Below are positions 9,131 to 18,324 of a DNA stretch of 27,382 nucleotides, piece after piece (the stretch's first letter is position 1; every line of letters begins with the position of its first letter). A program made the translations under genes and the position numbers. The notes below the pieces were generated by a model. It was not told the origin of the DNA and did not search any database. It saw nothing but the letters and a program-made list of their open reading frames with translations. Source of the DNA: Planctomycetota bacterium (GTDB lineage Bacteria > Planctomycetota > MHYJ01 > WSZJ01); assembly GCA_038060895.1 (NCBI GenBank), contig JBBTCT010000021.1, positions 8,978-36,359 on the forward strand, written 5' to 3'.

Positions 9131-9595
9131 ATGAACAAATCCCTCCTCAGATCGGCTCTCGCCTTCGCGCTTGCCACCGCGGCCTTCGCGGCGTGGGCGC
9201 CGCCGTCGCGCGCCGACGACAAGAAAGACGAAGAGCGGAAGAAGAAGACCGAGAAGGACCGGGAAGAAGAAGCGCGCAAGAAGAAGGAAGAAGAAGCGAA
9301 GAAGCGCGAAGAAGAAGCCCGGCGCAAGAAGGAGGCGGAAGAAGGCTGGGACAAGCGCGAGGGGGACAACCTCGGCTGGCCGGAGCCGCCGGACATGGAC
9401 GAGATGTTTGAGGCGGCGAAGCGGCACGGCGGCGCGGTCGTCGTCGCGGACGAGGAGCCGAAGCCGGGAGTGGGCGGGTACCGCAAGCCTCCCGCGGATG
9501 AAGAGGTTGAGGCCGCCGCAGCGGCGGGCGGCGCATTCGGCGAGGGCGCGAAGGAACAGCCCCCGAAGGACGAGAAGAAGGAAGAGCACAAATGA
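9131..9595 (+). CDS. Exported highly charged low-complexity protein (ER/K helix)
   Basis: Signal peptide followed by alternating EEE and KKK/RRK blocks; ATGA overlap with the next gene. Confidence 0.75.
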   Translation: MNKSLLRSALAFALATAAFAAWAPPSRADDKKDEERKKKTEKDREEEARKKKEEEAKKREEEARRKKEAEEGWDKREGDNLGWPEPPDMDEMFEAAKRHGGAVVVADEEPKPGVGGYRKPPADEEVEAAAAAGGAFGEGAKEQPPKDEKKEEHK

Positions 9596-10557
9596 AGCGC
9601 TTTCTCGCCCCCGTCGTGCTGGCGCTGTTGTTCGCGCCCGGGGTGCGGGCGGGCGAGGAGACCAACCGCGCGGGCGGAGGCTCGGCCGAGGAGCTGCGCG
9701 CGGTGCTGGATCTCGACTCGCAGCAGGCGGCGCGCGTCCAGACGCTCTTCCGCGACGCTGACGGCGAACTGGCCCAGCTGCGCGCGGGCGCCCGGCAGCG
9801 GAACGCGGCCGTGACGATCGAACAGCTCGTCGGCTGGCAGGACAGCCTGCGCAAGCGCATCAAGGACGTCCTTCACCCGAACCAGCTGTCGGCTTACGAA
9901 AGCTGGCTGGAAAAGAAGCGCCGTCTCGGCGAGGAATATGACAAGGCGCTCTTCGGCATCCCCAACGCGACCGAGCTCAAGCTGAAGCTGGGATTCGCGC
10001 CGGAAACGCTGGAGAAAGAGCAGGTGATCGCGGACCAGGCGGTCACCGACATACGCAGGAAGATGGCCGACATGCGCGGCGCGGGGCAGTCGACCGCGGC
10101 TATCGGCGACGCGGTCAACGAAGTCCGCAAAGAGGCCGTGAAAAAGATGGGAGACGCGGCGTCATCTGCGGAGAAGCGGAAATTCACGGAGTACCTGAAG
10201 ACGTGGGTGAAGGTGCCCGCCGAAAAACTGTCCCGCCCTGAGGGGGACCGGCTGGACCGGATCATGAAGCAGCTGGAACTGGCGGACGGGGCCGTCACCG
10301 ACCGAATCCAGTCCCTGGTGGCGGCGGTTCTCTGGCACCAGGAGGAAAACGCGACGCTTCGAAGGGGTCTCGGGAAGGAGCTGCTCATGACGCTGCTCCA
10401 GAAGCGTCCCGAGGGCGAGGTCTGGACGGCTATCTATGAGTACGGGACCCTGTTCGACATTCACAACCGGCGCATCAAGGCGCTGCGGGACGACCTGAAG
10501 GCGCTTCTGCCGACGAAGCAGATCGCGAAGCTCGTGGCCGAGGGCGTGCTGGAGTAG
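9592..10557 (+). CDS. Exported all-helical protein with LTXXQ-like motifs
   Basis: Signal peptide ending VRA; LDSQQ, LHPNQ, LPTKQ motifs reminiscent of Spy/CpxP. Confidence 0.75.
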   Translation: MKRFLAPVVLALLFAPGVRAGEETNRAGGGSAEELRAVLDLDSQQAARVQTLFRDADGELAQLRAGARQRNAAVTIEQLVGWQDSLRKRIKDVLHPNQLSAYESWLEKKRRLGEEYDKALFGIPNATELKLKLGFAPETLEKEQVIADQAVTDIRRKMADMRGAGQSTAAIGDAVNEVRKEAVKKMGDAASSAEKRKFTEYLKTWVKVPAEKLSRPEGDRLDRIMKQLELADGAVTDRIQSLVAAVLWHQEENATLRRGLGKELLMTLLQKRPEGEVWTAIYEYGTLFDIHNRRIKALRDDLKALLPTKQIAKLVAEGVLE

Positions 10558-10617
10558 GAAGGTCTGCCGAGCCTAACGCTTTGCGCCCCGTCCTGCCGCG
10601 GCTAGAATCGCTCTTTC

Positions 10618-12915
10618 ATGGACCCGGCTGCCCCCCCCTCTCCCCAGGACTTCGGCGTCACCCACGGGCTCGATTTCGCCCGGTGGATCACCGAGATCGC
10701 GAACCTCCTGAAAAAGGCGGACGCTTCGGATCCGACGGTGCAGGTCGCGTTCCTGGAAATTGCAAAGTCGCTGGAGCGCCTGAGGCGCTACAAGCGGGAT
10801 CTGACCCTCGGGACCTACAAGACGTATCTCACCGTGAACGAATCCGTCGTCACTTCGTTCCCGACGGCCGAGATCGTGGCGGCCCCGATGGTGCGACTGA
10901 TGGACGCTGCGGGGATCTGGTCGATCGGCGTGGATCACCGGATCGACATCGCCAACGTCGAGATGCTTGCGACGATGCTCGCGAGGCCGGAGGAAGAGCG
11001 CCCCGACGCGGCCTCCATGAAATACATCACGATCAACCCGGTGAAATACATCGTCGTCTTCGCCGGCGAGCAGGTGGTCGAGACCGGGGTCGGCATGCCC
11101 ACGCCCGACGAAGGACTTGCCGCTGGAGGGTCGGAGGTCGACAAGGAGCTCTTCCACCAGGAAGCCGACGTCAACAACGCCCTCGACGACGCGTTTTCGG
11201 GCTGGGGAGGGGAGCAGTCAGACCCTCTCAAAGTCGCCAGCCGCGAAATGGCGCGCAAGATCGAAGGAGTTCTTCCCTCGCTCGAGAAACTGGCGGCGCT
11301 CGACAAGAAGGCTCCGGGCGATTTCCTCCGCGGCTACTTTGAGAGAGATTTCAGCGAACTCGTCCGCGGCAAACCGGCGGAGGAATTCCTCACGGCCCTC
11401 GGGCACGTCCTGCGCGCCCTGCCCCCCGAAGTCCAGGCGAAGATTTTCCAGCGCGCCTTCAAGAAGGGCGAACGCGACGACTGCGTCGAAGCGCTGCGCG
11501 GCACCTCGGCCGACTTCCGCATGAACTTCCTGCTGGAGCGGATGAAAGGCATGACGGCGATGAAGGAAGTTCGCGACCTGGCGACGCTGGTGGTCGCACC
11601 GGGCGGGGAAGTCCTGATGGTCGAGAACATCGCGAAGAAACTCCTGACCCCCGACCTGCAGCAGGACGACCGCGCAAACCTTCAGAAGCTGCTCAACGTC
11701 TTTGGCTTCGACCCGGCTCGCGCCGTCCGCCGCCGGATCGTCCTTTTCATCGGCGAGGCCGGCACCGACTACGACAACATCAACAAGCTGCTGACGAAGC
11801 GCGGCTACGGTGTGTTTCTGTGGGATGGGACGGAGGCGACCGCGGGAGACGGGGGAATCGAGGTGCAACCCGACATCGCCATCGTGGACGCGCCCGCGGC
11901 GGGGGAAGCAGGGCTGGCGCAACTCAAGAAAGTCGCGGCGGCGAGCACGAAGACGGCGATCATCGTTTTCAGCGAGGGCGCCGTGGACATGACGCCCTTT
12001 TACGAGCTGGGTGTCAGCCGCACGACGATCCTTCAGAAGCCGGTCCCCTCGGACATCCTCCTGTCGTTCTTCGAGGACCGCAAAGGCCAGACGAAGGTCC
12101 CGGCCGTCAAGGCGCCCGGCCAGTCGATGCGCGACAGCACTTCGAAGTACATGAAGGCCGACCTCGCGCGCGCGAGAGAAATCCAGGAGCGCCTGATCCC
12201 GCGGGACATTCCGCAGGTCTCTGGGGCCGAGATCGCGATCGCCTACCGTCCCTGCAACGAGGTCGGCGGCGACTACCTCGACCTGTTCTGGACTGCGCCC
12301 GGCAAGCTCGGCTTCGTGATCGCCGACGTCTCCGGCAAGGGCGTGGCGGCGGCGATGGTGATGGTCATGGTGCGAAGCGTCTTCCGGAGCGTTGCGGCAG
12401 GGGCCGGCTCGGCTCGCGAGACGATGATCCAGGTGAACCGGATGCTGGCGAGGGACGTGAAGAAAGGAATCTTCGTGTCGGCGCTGTACGGCATCTACGA
12501 CGTGGATTCACAGAAGGTGACGGTCGCCAACGGCGGGCACAATCCGCCGGTGATGTGGCACCACGCCACGGGGACCGGCGAGTACCTCACGGTCTCCGGG
12601 ATGGCGCTGGGCCTGACCGAGCGCCCCGCGTTCGACAACTCGATCAAGGAAGTCATCTACGAGCTCGCGCCCGGCGACAAGATGCTGTCCTACACCGACG
12701 GCGTCACCGAGGCGTTCGCCGCCGACGGCGACATGTACGGCGAAGACCGGCTGCTCGAGATCTTCAAGCAGCAGGGGAAAAACGCCGCGCAGCCGCTCAT
12801 CGACGCGGTCATGCTGGACATCGACAAGTTCGTCGGCAAGGCGCCTCGAAGCGACGACACCACGATGCTCGTGATCGGGCGGCCCGTCGGCAGCCTGATC
12901 GACGCCGTCGGCTAG
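10618..12915 (+). CDS. SpoIIE/RsbU-family PP2C phosphatase with atypical receiver and large N-terminal domain
   Basis: DLARAREIQERLIP, VGGDYLD, IADVSGKG, NGGHNPP, YTDGVTEA, SDDTT; REC-like PDIAIVD..LQKP. Confidence 0.9.
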   Translation: MDPAAPPSPQDFGVTHGLDFARWITEIANLLKKADASDPTVQVAFLEIAKSLERLRRYKRDLTLGTYKTYLTVNESVVTSFPTAEIVAAPMVRLMDAAGIWSIGVDHRIDIANVEMLATMLARPEEERPDAASMKYITINPVKYIVVFAGEQVVETGVGMPTPDEGLAAGGSEVDKELFHQEADVNNALDDAFSGWGGEQSDPLKVASREMARKIEGVLPSLEKLAALDKKAPGDFLRGYFERDFSELVRGKPAEEFLTALGHVLRALPPEVQAKIFQRAFKKGERDDCVEALRGTSADFRMNFLLERMKGMTAMKEVRDLATLVVAPGGEVLMVENIAKKLLTPDLQQDDRANLQKLLNVFGFDPARAVRRRIVLFIGEAGTDYDNINKLLTKRGYGVFLWDGTEATAGDGGIEVQPDIAIVDAPAAGEAGLAQLKKVAAASTKTAIIVFSEGAVDMTPFYELGVSRTTILQKPVPSDILLSFFEDRKGQTKVPAVKAPGQSMRDSTSKYMKADLARAREIQERLIPRDIPQVSGAEIAIAYRPCNEVGGDYLDLFWTAPGKLGFVIADVSGKGVAAAMVMVMVRSVFRSVAAGAGSARETMIQVNRMLARDVKKGIFVSALYGIYDVDSQKVTVANGGHNPPVMWHHATGTGEYLTVSGMALGLTERPAFDNSIKEVIYELAPGDKMLSYTDGVTEAFAADGDMYGEDRLLEIFKQQGKNAAQPLIDAVMLDIDKFVGKAPRSDDTTMLVIGRPVGSLIDAVG

Positions 12916-12934
12916 CGCGCCTCCTGGCCAATCG

Positions 12935-12962
12935 TTGCCCGTTCCCATCGCGCGGCTAGAAT
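12935..12962 (+). promoter_or_regulatory. Sigma70-type promoter
   Basis: TTGCCC-N16-TAGAAT. A near-identical context, TTGCGC-N16-TAGAAT with shared GCGGCTAGAATCGC, occurs at 10581-10608. Confidence 0.5.
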
Positions 12963-12994
12963 CGCGCCCCTTCCCAGCGAGAGGATCGACCACC

Positions 12995-15001
12995 ATGCCC
13001 GCTCTTCAGCCCCGCAGGATCGGCGTCGTCGGAAGCGGCCAGATCGGCCCGGACATCGCCCTCTATTTCTCAAAGGTGTTCCACGCGACGAAGGTGCCGG
13101 TCGTGGTGGTGGACATCCGGCAGGAAGCGCTGGACGCGGGGAAAGAGAAGATGCGCAAGAAGCTGGCGAAGGGCGTGGAGTCGGGAGCCTTCAAGCAGGC
13201 GGAGATGGACGGGATGATGGCGAATACGACGTGGACGACCGACTACGGGGCGCTGGCAGGGGCGGATTTCGTGCTGGAGGCGGCGACGGAAGATCTCAAG
13301 ATCAAGCAGCGGATTTTTGAGGGGCTGGAGAAGAGCGTCTCGAAGGACGCGATCCTCGCTTCGAACTCCTCGCATCTCGAGCCTGAGGTGATCTTCGAGA
13401 AAGCGCAGCACCCGGAGCGCTGCCTCGTGGTCCATTACTTCTTCCCGGCCGAGCGGAACATCATTGTGGAGGTCGTCCCCGCAAACAAAACATCGGCTGC
13501 GGTCTCGGACGGGGTGATGAAATTCTACGAGGGCATCGGCAAGGTGCCGCTCAGGATCGGCAGCCGGTACGGGTACGCGATCGACCCCGTTTTCGAGGGG
13601 ATGTTCCTCTGCGCAGCGCGGCTGGTCGAATCCGGCGCGGCAACGACGAAGCAGGTCGACGTGATCGCCCAGAAAGTCCTCGGGCTCGGCATCGGGCCGT
13701 TCACCGCGATGAACCTTACCGGAGGCAACCCGCTGACCGCGGTCGGGCTGAAGCACTACAACACGAAGATCATGCCTTGGTACGACGCGCCGAAGCTGCT
13801 GGAGGCGCAGGTCGCGGCAGGGAAGCCGTGGGAGACCCCGGGACGCGGCGAGAACATCACCTGGACGGACGACCAGTTCCGCGCCGTCGGCGACGCGCTG
13901 CGAGGGTGCTACTTCGGGCTCGTGTCCGAGATCCTGGAGTCCGGGATCGCCTCCGTCGCAGACCTCGAACTGGGCGTCGAGACGGCGCTCGTCATGAACG
14001 CGCCCTTCTCCATGATGAACGCGGCGGGCGTTCCGGCCGCGCTGGAGCTGGTCCAGGCCTACGCGGCGAAGAATCCGGGCTTCAAGGTCGCGGAGCGCCT
14101 GAAAAAGCAGGCCGCTTCAGGCAAACCCTGGGAAATCCCCCTCGTCCTTCGCGAGGACGTCAACGGCGTCGCCGTCCTGACGATCCGCCGGCCGAAGGTC
14201 CTCAACGCCCTCAACAGCGATGTCATGAAGCAGCTCTCGGCACACCTCGAAGCGGTGCGGGCCGACGCGTCCGTCAAGGGCATCGTCCTGACCGGTTACG
14301 GGTCGAAAGCATTTGTGTCCGGCGCCGACATCAACGAGCTTGCAGCATTGAAGACGCCTCAGCAGGCGACGATGCACGCTCTGACGTGGCAGCAGGTCGC
14401 CAACACGGTGGAGGCGTTTGAGAAGCCCGTCGTCTGCGCCTACAACGGTCTCGCGTTCGGCGGCGGGAACGAGCTGGCGATGGCGTGCCACGCGCGCGTC
14501 GCGAGAAAGGGACTCCCCGTCCTCTTCGCCCAGCCCGAGCCGCGCCTCGGCATCATCCCCGGCATGGGCGGCACGCAGCGCCTCCCGCGCCTCGTCGGCC
14601 TCGCGAACGCCTGGGCCCCCCTCCGCACCGGCGCACCCGTCTCGGGCGCCAGGGCGAAAGAGTGGGGGCACCTCCTCGACGAGTGCGAAGACCCCGTCGC
14701 CCGCGCCGTTGAGATCGTCGCCGAGGCCGCTTCGGGGAAACGCACGCTCGCCCCGATCAACAGGGAACCGCTCGCCGTCCCCGCCTCCATGCCTCCCGTC
14801 GAGCTCGGCCACCTCTCGAAGAAAATCGACGAGATGGTGCAGCGCGCGATCCTGGAAGGAGCGCAAAAGCCGCTGGAGGACGGGCTCCGGCACGAGGCGA
14901 AGCTTTTCGGTGATTGCCTGAAGACCGAGGATATGCGGATCGGGATGGAGAATTTCCTCAAGAACGGGCCGAAAGCAAACGCGGTGTTCGTGAACCGGTA
15001 A
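12995..15001 (+). CDS. 3-hydroxyacyl-CoA dehydrogenase / enoyl-CoA hydratase fusion (dehydrogenase N-terminal)
   Basis: GSGQIG, EAATEDLKIK, ASNSS, HYFFP; then RPKVLNAL, AFVSGADI, GGGNELAMAC, QPEPRLGIIPGMGGTQRL. GAGGA RBS before ATG 12995. Confidence 0.92.
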   Translation: MPALQPRRIGVVGSGQIGPDIALYFSKVFHATKVPVVVVDIRQEALDAGKEKMRKKLAKGVESGAFKQAEMDGMMANTTWTTDYGALAGADFVLEAATEDLKIKQRIFEGLEKSVSKDAILASNSSHLEPEVIFEKAQHPERCLVVHYFFPAERNIIVEVVPANKTSAAVSDGVMKFYEGIGKVPLRIGSRYGYAIDPVFEGMFLCAARLVESGAATTKQVDVIAQKVLGLGIGPFTAMNLTGGNPLTAVGLKHYNTKIMPWYDAPKLLEAQVAAGKPWETPGRGENITWTDDQFRAVGDALRGCYFGLVSEILESGIASVADLELGVETALVMNAPFSMMNAAGVPAALELVQAYAAKNPGFKVAERLKKQAASGKPWEIPLVLREDVNGVAVLTIRRPKVLNALNSDVMKQLSAHLEAVRADASVKGIVLTGYGSKAFVSGADINELAALKTPQQATMHALTWQQVANTVEAFEKPVVCAYNGLAFGGGNELAMACHARVARKGLPVLFAQPEPRLGIIPGMGGTQRLPRLVGLANAWAPLRTGAPVSGARAKEWGHLLDECEDPVARAVEIVAEAASGKRTLAPINREPLAVPASMPPVELGHLSKKIDEMVQRAILEGAQKPLEDGLRHEAKLFGDCLKTEDMRIGMENFLKNGPKANAVFVNR

Positions 15002-15055
15002 GTTCGCGCGGCAGGATGCATGTCCGCATATGATGGGCCCGCGCGAAGCGCCTCA

Positions 15056-17959
15056 ATGGACACTCCCTCCCCAAATCGAATTCTCGTCCTGCTGGCCGAG
15101 AGCGACATCGCTTCCGTGACGGAAATCCGGAGCAAGCTCGCAGAGTCCGGCGAGAGGACCATTCATCTTGAGGTCGTCCCCACCGTTGCGGACGCGCTTC
15201 ACCGCCTCTCTTCCGGAGGCGTCGGCGCCGTGCTCCTCAGCCTGAACCTGCCGGATCTCACGGGTCCGGCAGCTGTGGCAGCGCTCCGTGCCCGCGCACC
15301 GCTGGTGCCGATCCTGATCCTCATCAACCCGGAAGATTCGGCCCTCGGCGGGGAGTTCCTCCGGGCGGGCGCGCAGGATTACGTCGTGCGCGGGACGATC
15401 AATTCCAGCTTCCTCACCCGGCGAATCCGAAGCGCCATAGAGCGGAAACGGATCGACGAAGAGGAGCGGCTGTTGACCGCTTTATCGCTGGCCGTCGGCC
15501 AGGCGGAGGATTTTGACGGCGCGCTCGCACAGGCGCTTCGCGAAATCTGCGCTTTCACGGGCTGGGATATTGGGCAGGCGTGGCTGCCTGACCCGGGTGC
15601 CCAGCGGCTCGACGCCGGACCCTGGTGGTCCGCCGACCCTTCCCTGGGGGCGTTTCGGACCGCCAGCGAGCGCGCCGAAACAAAGTACGGCAGCGGGATT
15701 CTCTGGGGAGCTCTCCTGAACCGGAAGCCGGTCCACTGCCTCGACTTGTCTACCGAGCCGACCTTCCGCCGGGCCTCCGCGGCAGCGGAAGCCGGCCTCC
15801 GCGGCGGCCTCTTCTTTCCGGTCCTCGCCGGGAACGAAGTCGTCGCGGTCATCGAGTTCCTGATGCGGAAGCCGAGGAAGGATGACGCCAGGCTCCTCAA
15901 CATGGTCGCGGCCGTCGCCGCCCAGTTCGGCCAGGCGTTCCTGCGGCGAAGAGTCGAAGGCGAACTGCTGCGAAGCGAGGAGCACTTCCGGAAGATCGTC
16001 GAGAATGTCTACAACGGGTACTTCATACAGGAGGCGGGAACGATTCGGGAAATCGGTCCCGGCATCGCTTCGATTTTCGGGTACTTGCCCTCGGAGCTCA
16101 TCGGCCGAAGCGTTTTTGACCTGGCCTCACCGGAAAAGCGAACCGACCTGGAAAACCGCCTCGCTTCCGGCTATGAGGGAGTTTACGAGATCATCGGCCT
16201 GCGAAAGGATGGCACGCGTTTCCCGGCTGAGGTCGTCGGATTCAACCATCGCTGGCGGGGCCGCCCGGCGCGGATCGGCGCCGTGAGGGACATTTCGGAC
16301 CGTCATACGGCCGAGGAGCGGTTGGCGCGGCTGAACGACTGTTTCATTTCGTTCGGACCGGACCCGACCGGGAACATCGACCGTCTGACCTCGTTCTGCG
16401 GGCAGGCGATGAACGCGCTCTGGTCGGTTTTTCTGGTCGTGGAAGGCAACGACGAGGTCCTGCCCGTGGGGCAGTGGCGAGTTCCTCCGGGCCTCTGTTC
16501 CCCCGGAAGCCCGTTGGTTTCGTTTGCTCGCCAGGTGCTGGGCTCGGCCCGGAACTCTCTCGTCGTGAGCGGGGGAAGGCCGGCGATCAGTCACGGCGAT
16601 ACGAACCCCAACGTCCTGCGTGGCCCCGACAAGACTCTCGTCGGCCGAGTCGTCTGGCGCGGCGGCGAGCCGCGCGGAAGCCTCTGCCTTGGTTTCGCAG
16701 GAGACGCCGAACCGAGTCGCGAGGATTCGCGCTTCATGGGCATTCTCGCGAGCGCCATCGGGGTGGAGGAAGATCGCCGGCAGGCGCAACGGCAGCTCCA
16801 GGTGATGGAAGAGAACCTGCGACAGACGACGAAGATGGAGGCGATCGGGCGGCTCGCGGGCGGCGTGGCGCACGACTTCAACAACCTGCTGACGGCGATC
16901 ATCGGGTATGCGGAGATGGCGAGGGACCGGTTTTCCGAGACCGACCCGGTGCGGAAGGAGATGGACGAGATCCTGAAGGCCGGCGAGCGCGCTTCCGGAC
17001 TCACCCGCCAGCTGCTCGCGTTCAGCCGCAAGCAGGTGATGCAGCCGCAGGTGATGGAGATCAACGCAGTCGTGGCGGACATGGAGAAGCTGCTGAGGCG
17101 GCTGATCGGCGAGAACATCCGCCTCGAGATGTCGCTCGCGGCCGATGCCGGCCGGGTCCGTGCGGACCGCAGCCAGCTCGAGCAGGTCGTCGTGAACCTT
17201 GCCGTGAACGCGCGCGACGCGATGCCCAACGGCGGCCGACTCACGCTCCGCACATCGAAGGTCGCCGCCGTCGAAGTCGCCGCGACCCCGGGCAGCGCCC
17301 CGCCCCCCGCGGCCTTCGCCCGCCTCTCCGTCTCCGACTCGGGCGTCGGCATGCCTCCCGAGATCATCGCCCACCTCTTCGAGCCCTTCTTCACCACCAA
17401 GGAACGCGGCCGCGGCACGGGTCTCGGACTCGCCACCGTCTACGGGATCGTCCGCCAGAGCGGCGGCCGCGTCCTGGTGAACAGCACACCCGGCGAGGGC
17501 GCGACTTTCGACATCGACCTGCCGTGCGTCGAAGAAACCGGGGTCGAGAACGCACCCGAAAAACCGCGTGTTGCCCTGACCGGGCCTGAGACCATTCTTC
17601 TCGTCGAGGACGAGGATCCCCTGCGCGCGCTCATGGTCCGCGCCCTCAGCGGCCTCGGGTACACCGTCCTCCAGGCGGGAGACGGCCCTTCCGCCATCCG
17701 GACCGCCGCTTCACATCCCGGCGACATTCACCTTATCATTTCCGACGTCGTCATGCCCGGCCAGAGCGGTCCCCAGGTGGCCGCGGAGATCGCCCGCGCC
17801 CGCCCCAACATGCGCATCCTGTACATTTCCGGCTACACCGACGATGCCCTGGGACGCCACGGAGTCATCGACGGCGACGTTGAGTTCCTGTCCAAGCCGT
17901 TCACGCCGCGGACGCTTGGTGAAAAGGTCCGCGACGTCCTCGAGAGGCGGCGGCCGTGA
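15056..17959 (+). CDS. Hybrid sensor histidine kinase (pseudoREC-GAF-PAS-GAF-like-HisKA-HATPase-REC)
   Basis: AHDFNNLL, NLAVNARDAM, DSGVGM, FEPFFTTK, GTGLGL; C-terminal ILLVEDE..SDVVMP..KPF; PAS RKDGTRFPAEV. No TM segment. Alternative start at 15020. Confidence 0.93.
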   Translation: MDTPSPNRILVLLAESDIASVTEIRSKLAESGERTIHLEVVPTVADALHRLSSGGVGAVLLSLNLPDLTGPAAVAALRARAPLVPILILINPEDSALGGEFLRAGAQDYVVRGTINSSFLTRRIRSAIERKRIDEEERLLTALSLAVGQAEDFDGALAQALREICAFTGWDIGQAWLPDPGAQRLDAGPWWSADPSLGAFRTASERAETKYGSGILWGALLNRKPVHCLDLSTEPTFRRASAAAEAGLRGGLFFPVLAGNEVVAVIEFLMRKPRKDDARLLNMVAAVAAQFGQAFLRRRVEGELLRSEEHFRKIVENVYNGYFIQEAGTIREIGPGIASIFGYLPSELIGRSVFDLASPEKRTDLENRLASGYEGVYEIIGLRKDGTRFPAEVVGFNHRWRGRPARIGAVRDISDRHTAEERLARLNDCFISFGPDPTGNIDRLTSFCGQAMNALWSVFLVVEGNDEVLPVGQWRVPPGLCSPGSPLVSFARQVLGSARNSLVVSGGRPAISHGDTNPNVLRGPDKTLVGRVVWRGGEPRGSLCLGFAGDAEPSREDSRFMGILASAIGVEEDRRQAQRQLQVMEENLRQTTKMEAIGRLAGGVAHDFNNLLTAIIGYAEMARDRFSETDPVRKEMDEILKAGERASGLTRQLLAFSRKQVMQPQVMEINAVVADMEKLLRRLIGENIRLEMSLAADAGRVRADRSQLEQVVVNLAVNARDAMPNGGRLTLRTSKVAAVEVAATPGSAPPPAAFARLSVSDSGVGMPPEIIAHLFEPFFTTKERGRGTGLGLATVYGIVRQSGGRVLVNSTPGEGATFDIDLPCVEETGVENAPEKPRVALTGPETILLVEDEDPLRALMVRALSGLGYTVLQAGDGPSAIRTAASHPGDIHLIISDVVMPGQSGPQVAAEIARARPNMRILYISGYTDDALGRHGVIDGDVEFLSKPFTPRTLGEKVRDVLERRRP

Positions 17960-17971
17960 GGAGGAGAGCGC

Positions 17972-18319
17972 GTGGAACCGGCGGCGGCTTTTGAGCTGTA
18001 CCGAAGGAAAGTCTTTGCGCAAGCGGAGCTGACGCCGGCCGACGGAGGTCTTTTTGCCGCCATGCGCGCCGAAGACAAGCAGGCCAACCTGCGGCTGATC
18101 ATGGGCGTGTCGCGGTGGCTGATCGAGCGCATCGAAGCGATTCCGCAGGCGGAGCAGATCGCCGCCGGGCTGGATCCGCTGGCGCTGCTGACGCAGGCCA
18201 ACTCCGTCGTCTCGGAAAAGCTGCGGGCCTACCGCGGTGAGAGCATCGACGAATTCCGCGGCATCCTGATGCCGGCGCTGGAAGCGCGTCTCCACTCGTT
18301 GTTCGGCAGAAAAGTGTAG
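17972..18319 (+). CDS. Small cytoplasmic helical hypothetical protein
   Basis: GAGGAG RBS and GTG start 12 nt after the kinase stop; fills the gap; typical codon usage. Confidence 0.7.
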   Translation: MEPAAAFELYRRKVFAQAELTPADGGLFAAMRAEDKQANLRLIMGVSRWLIERIEAIPQAEQIAAGLDPLALLTQANSVVSEKLRAYRGESIDEFRGILMPALEARLHSLFGRKV

Positions 18320-18324
18320 GGGCG

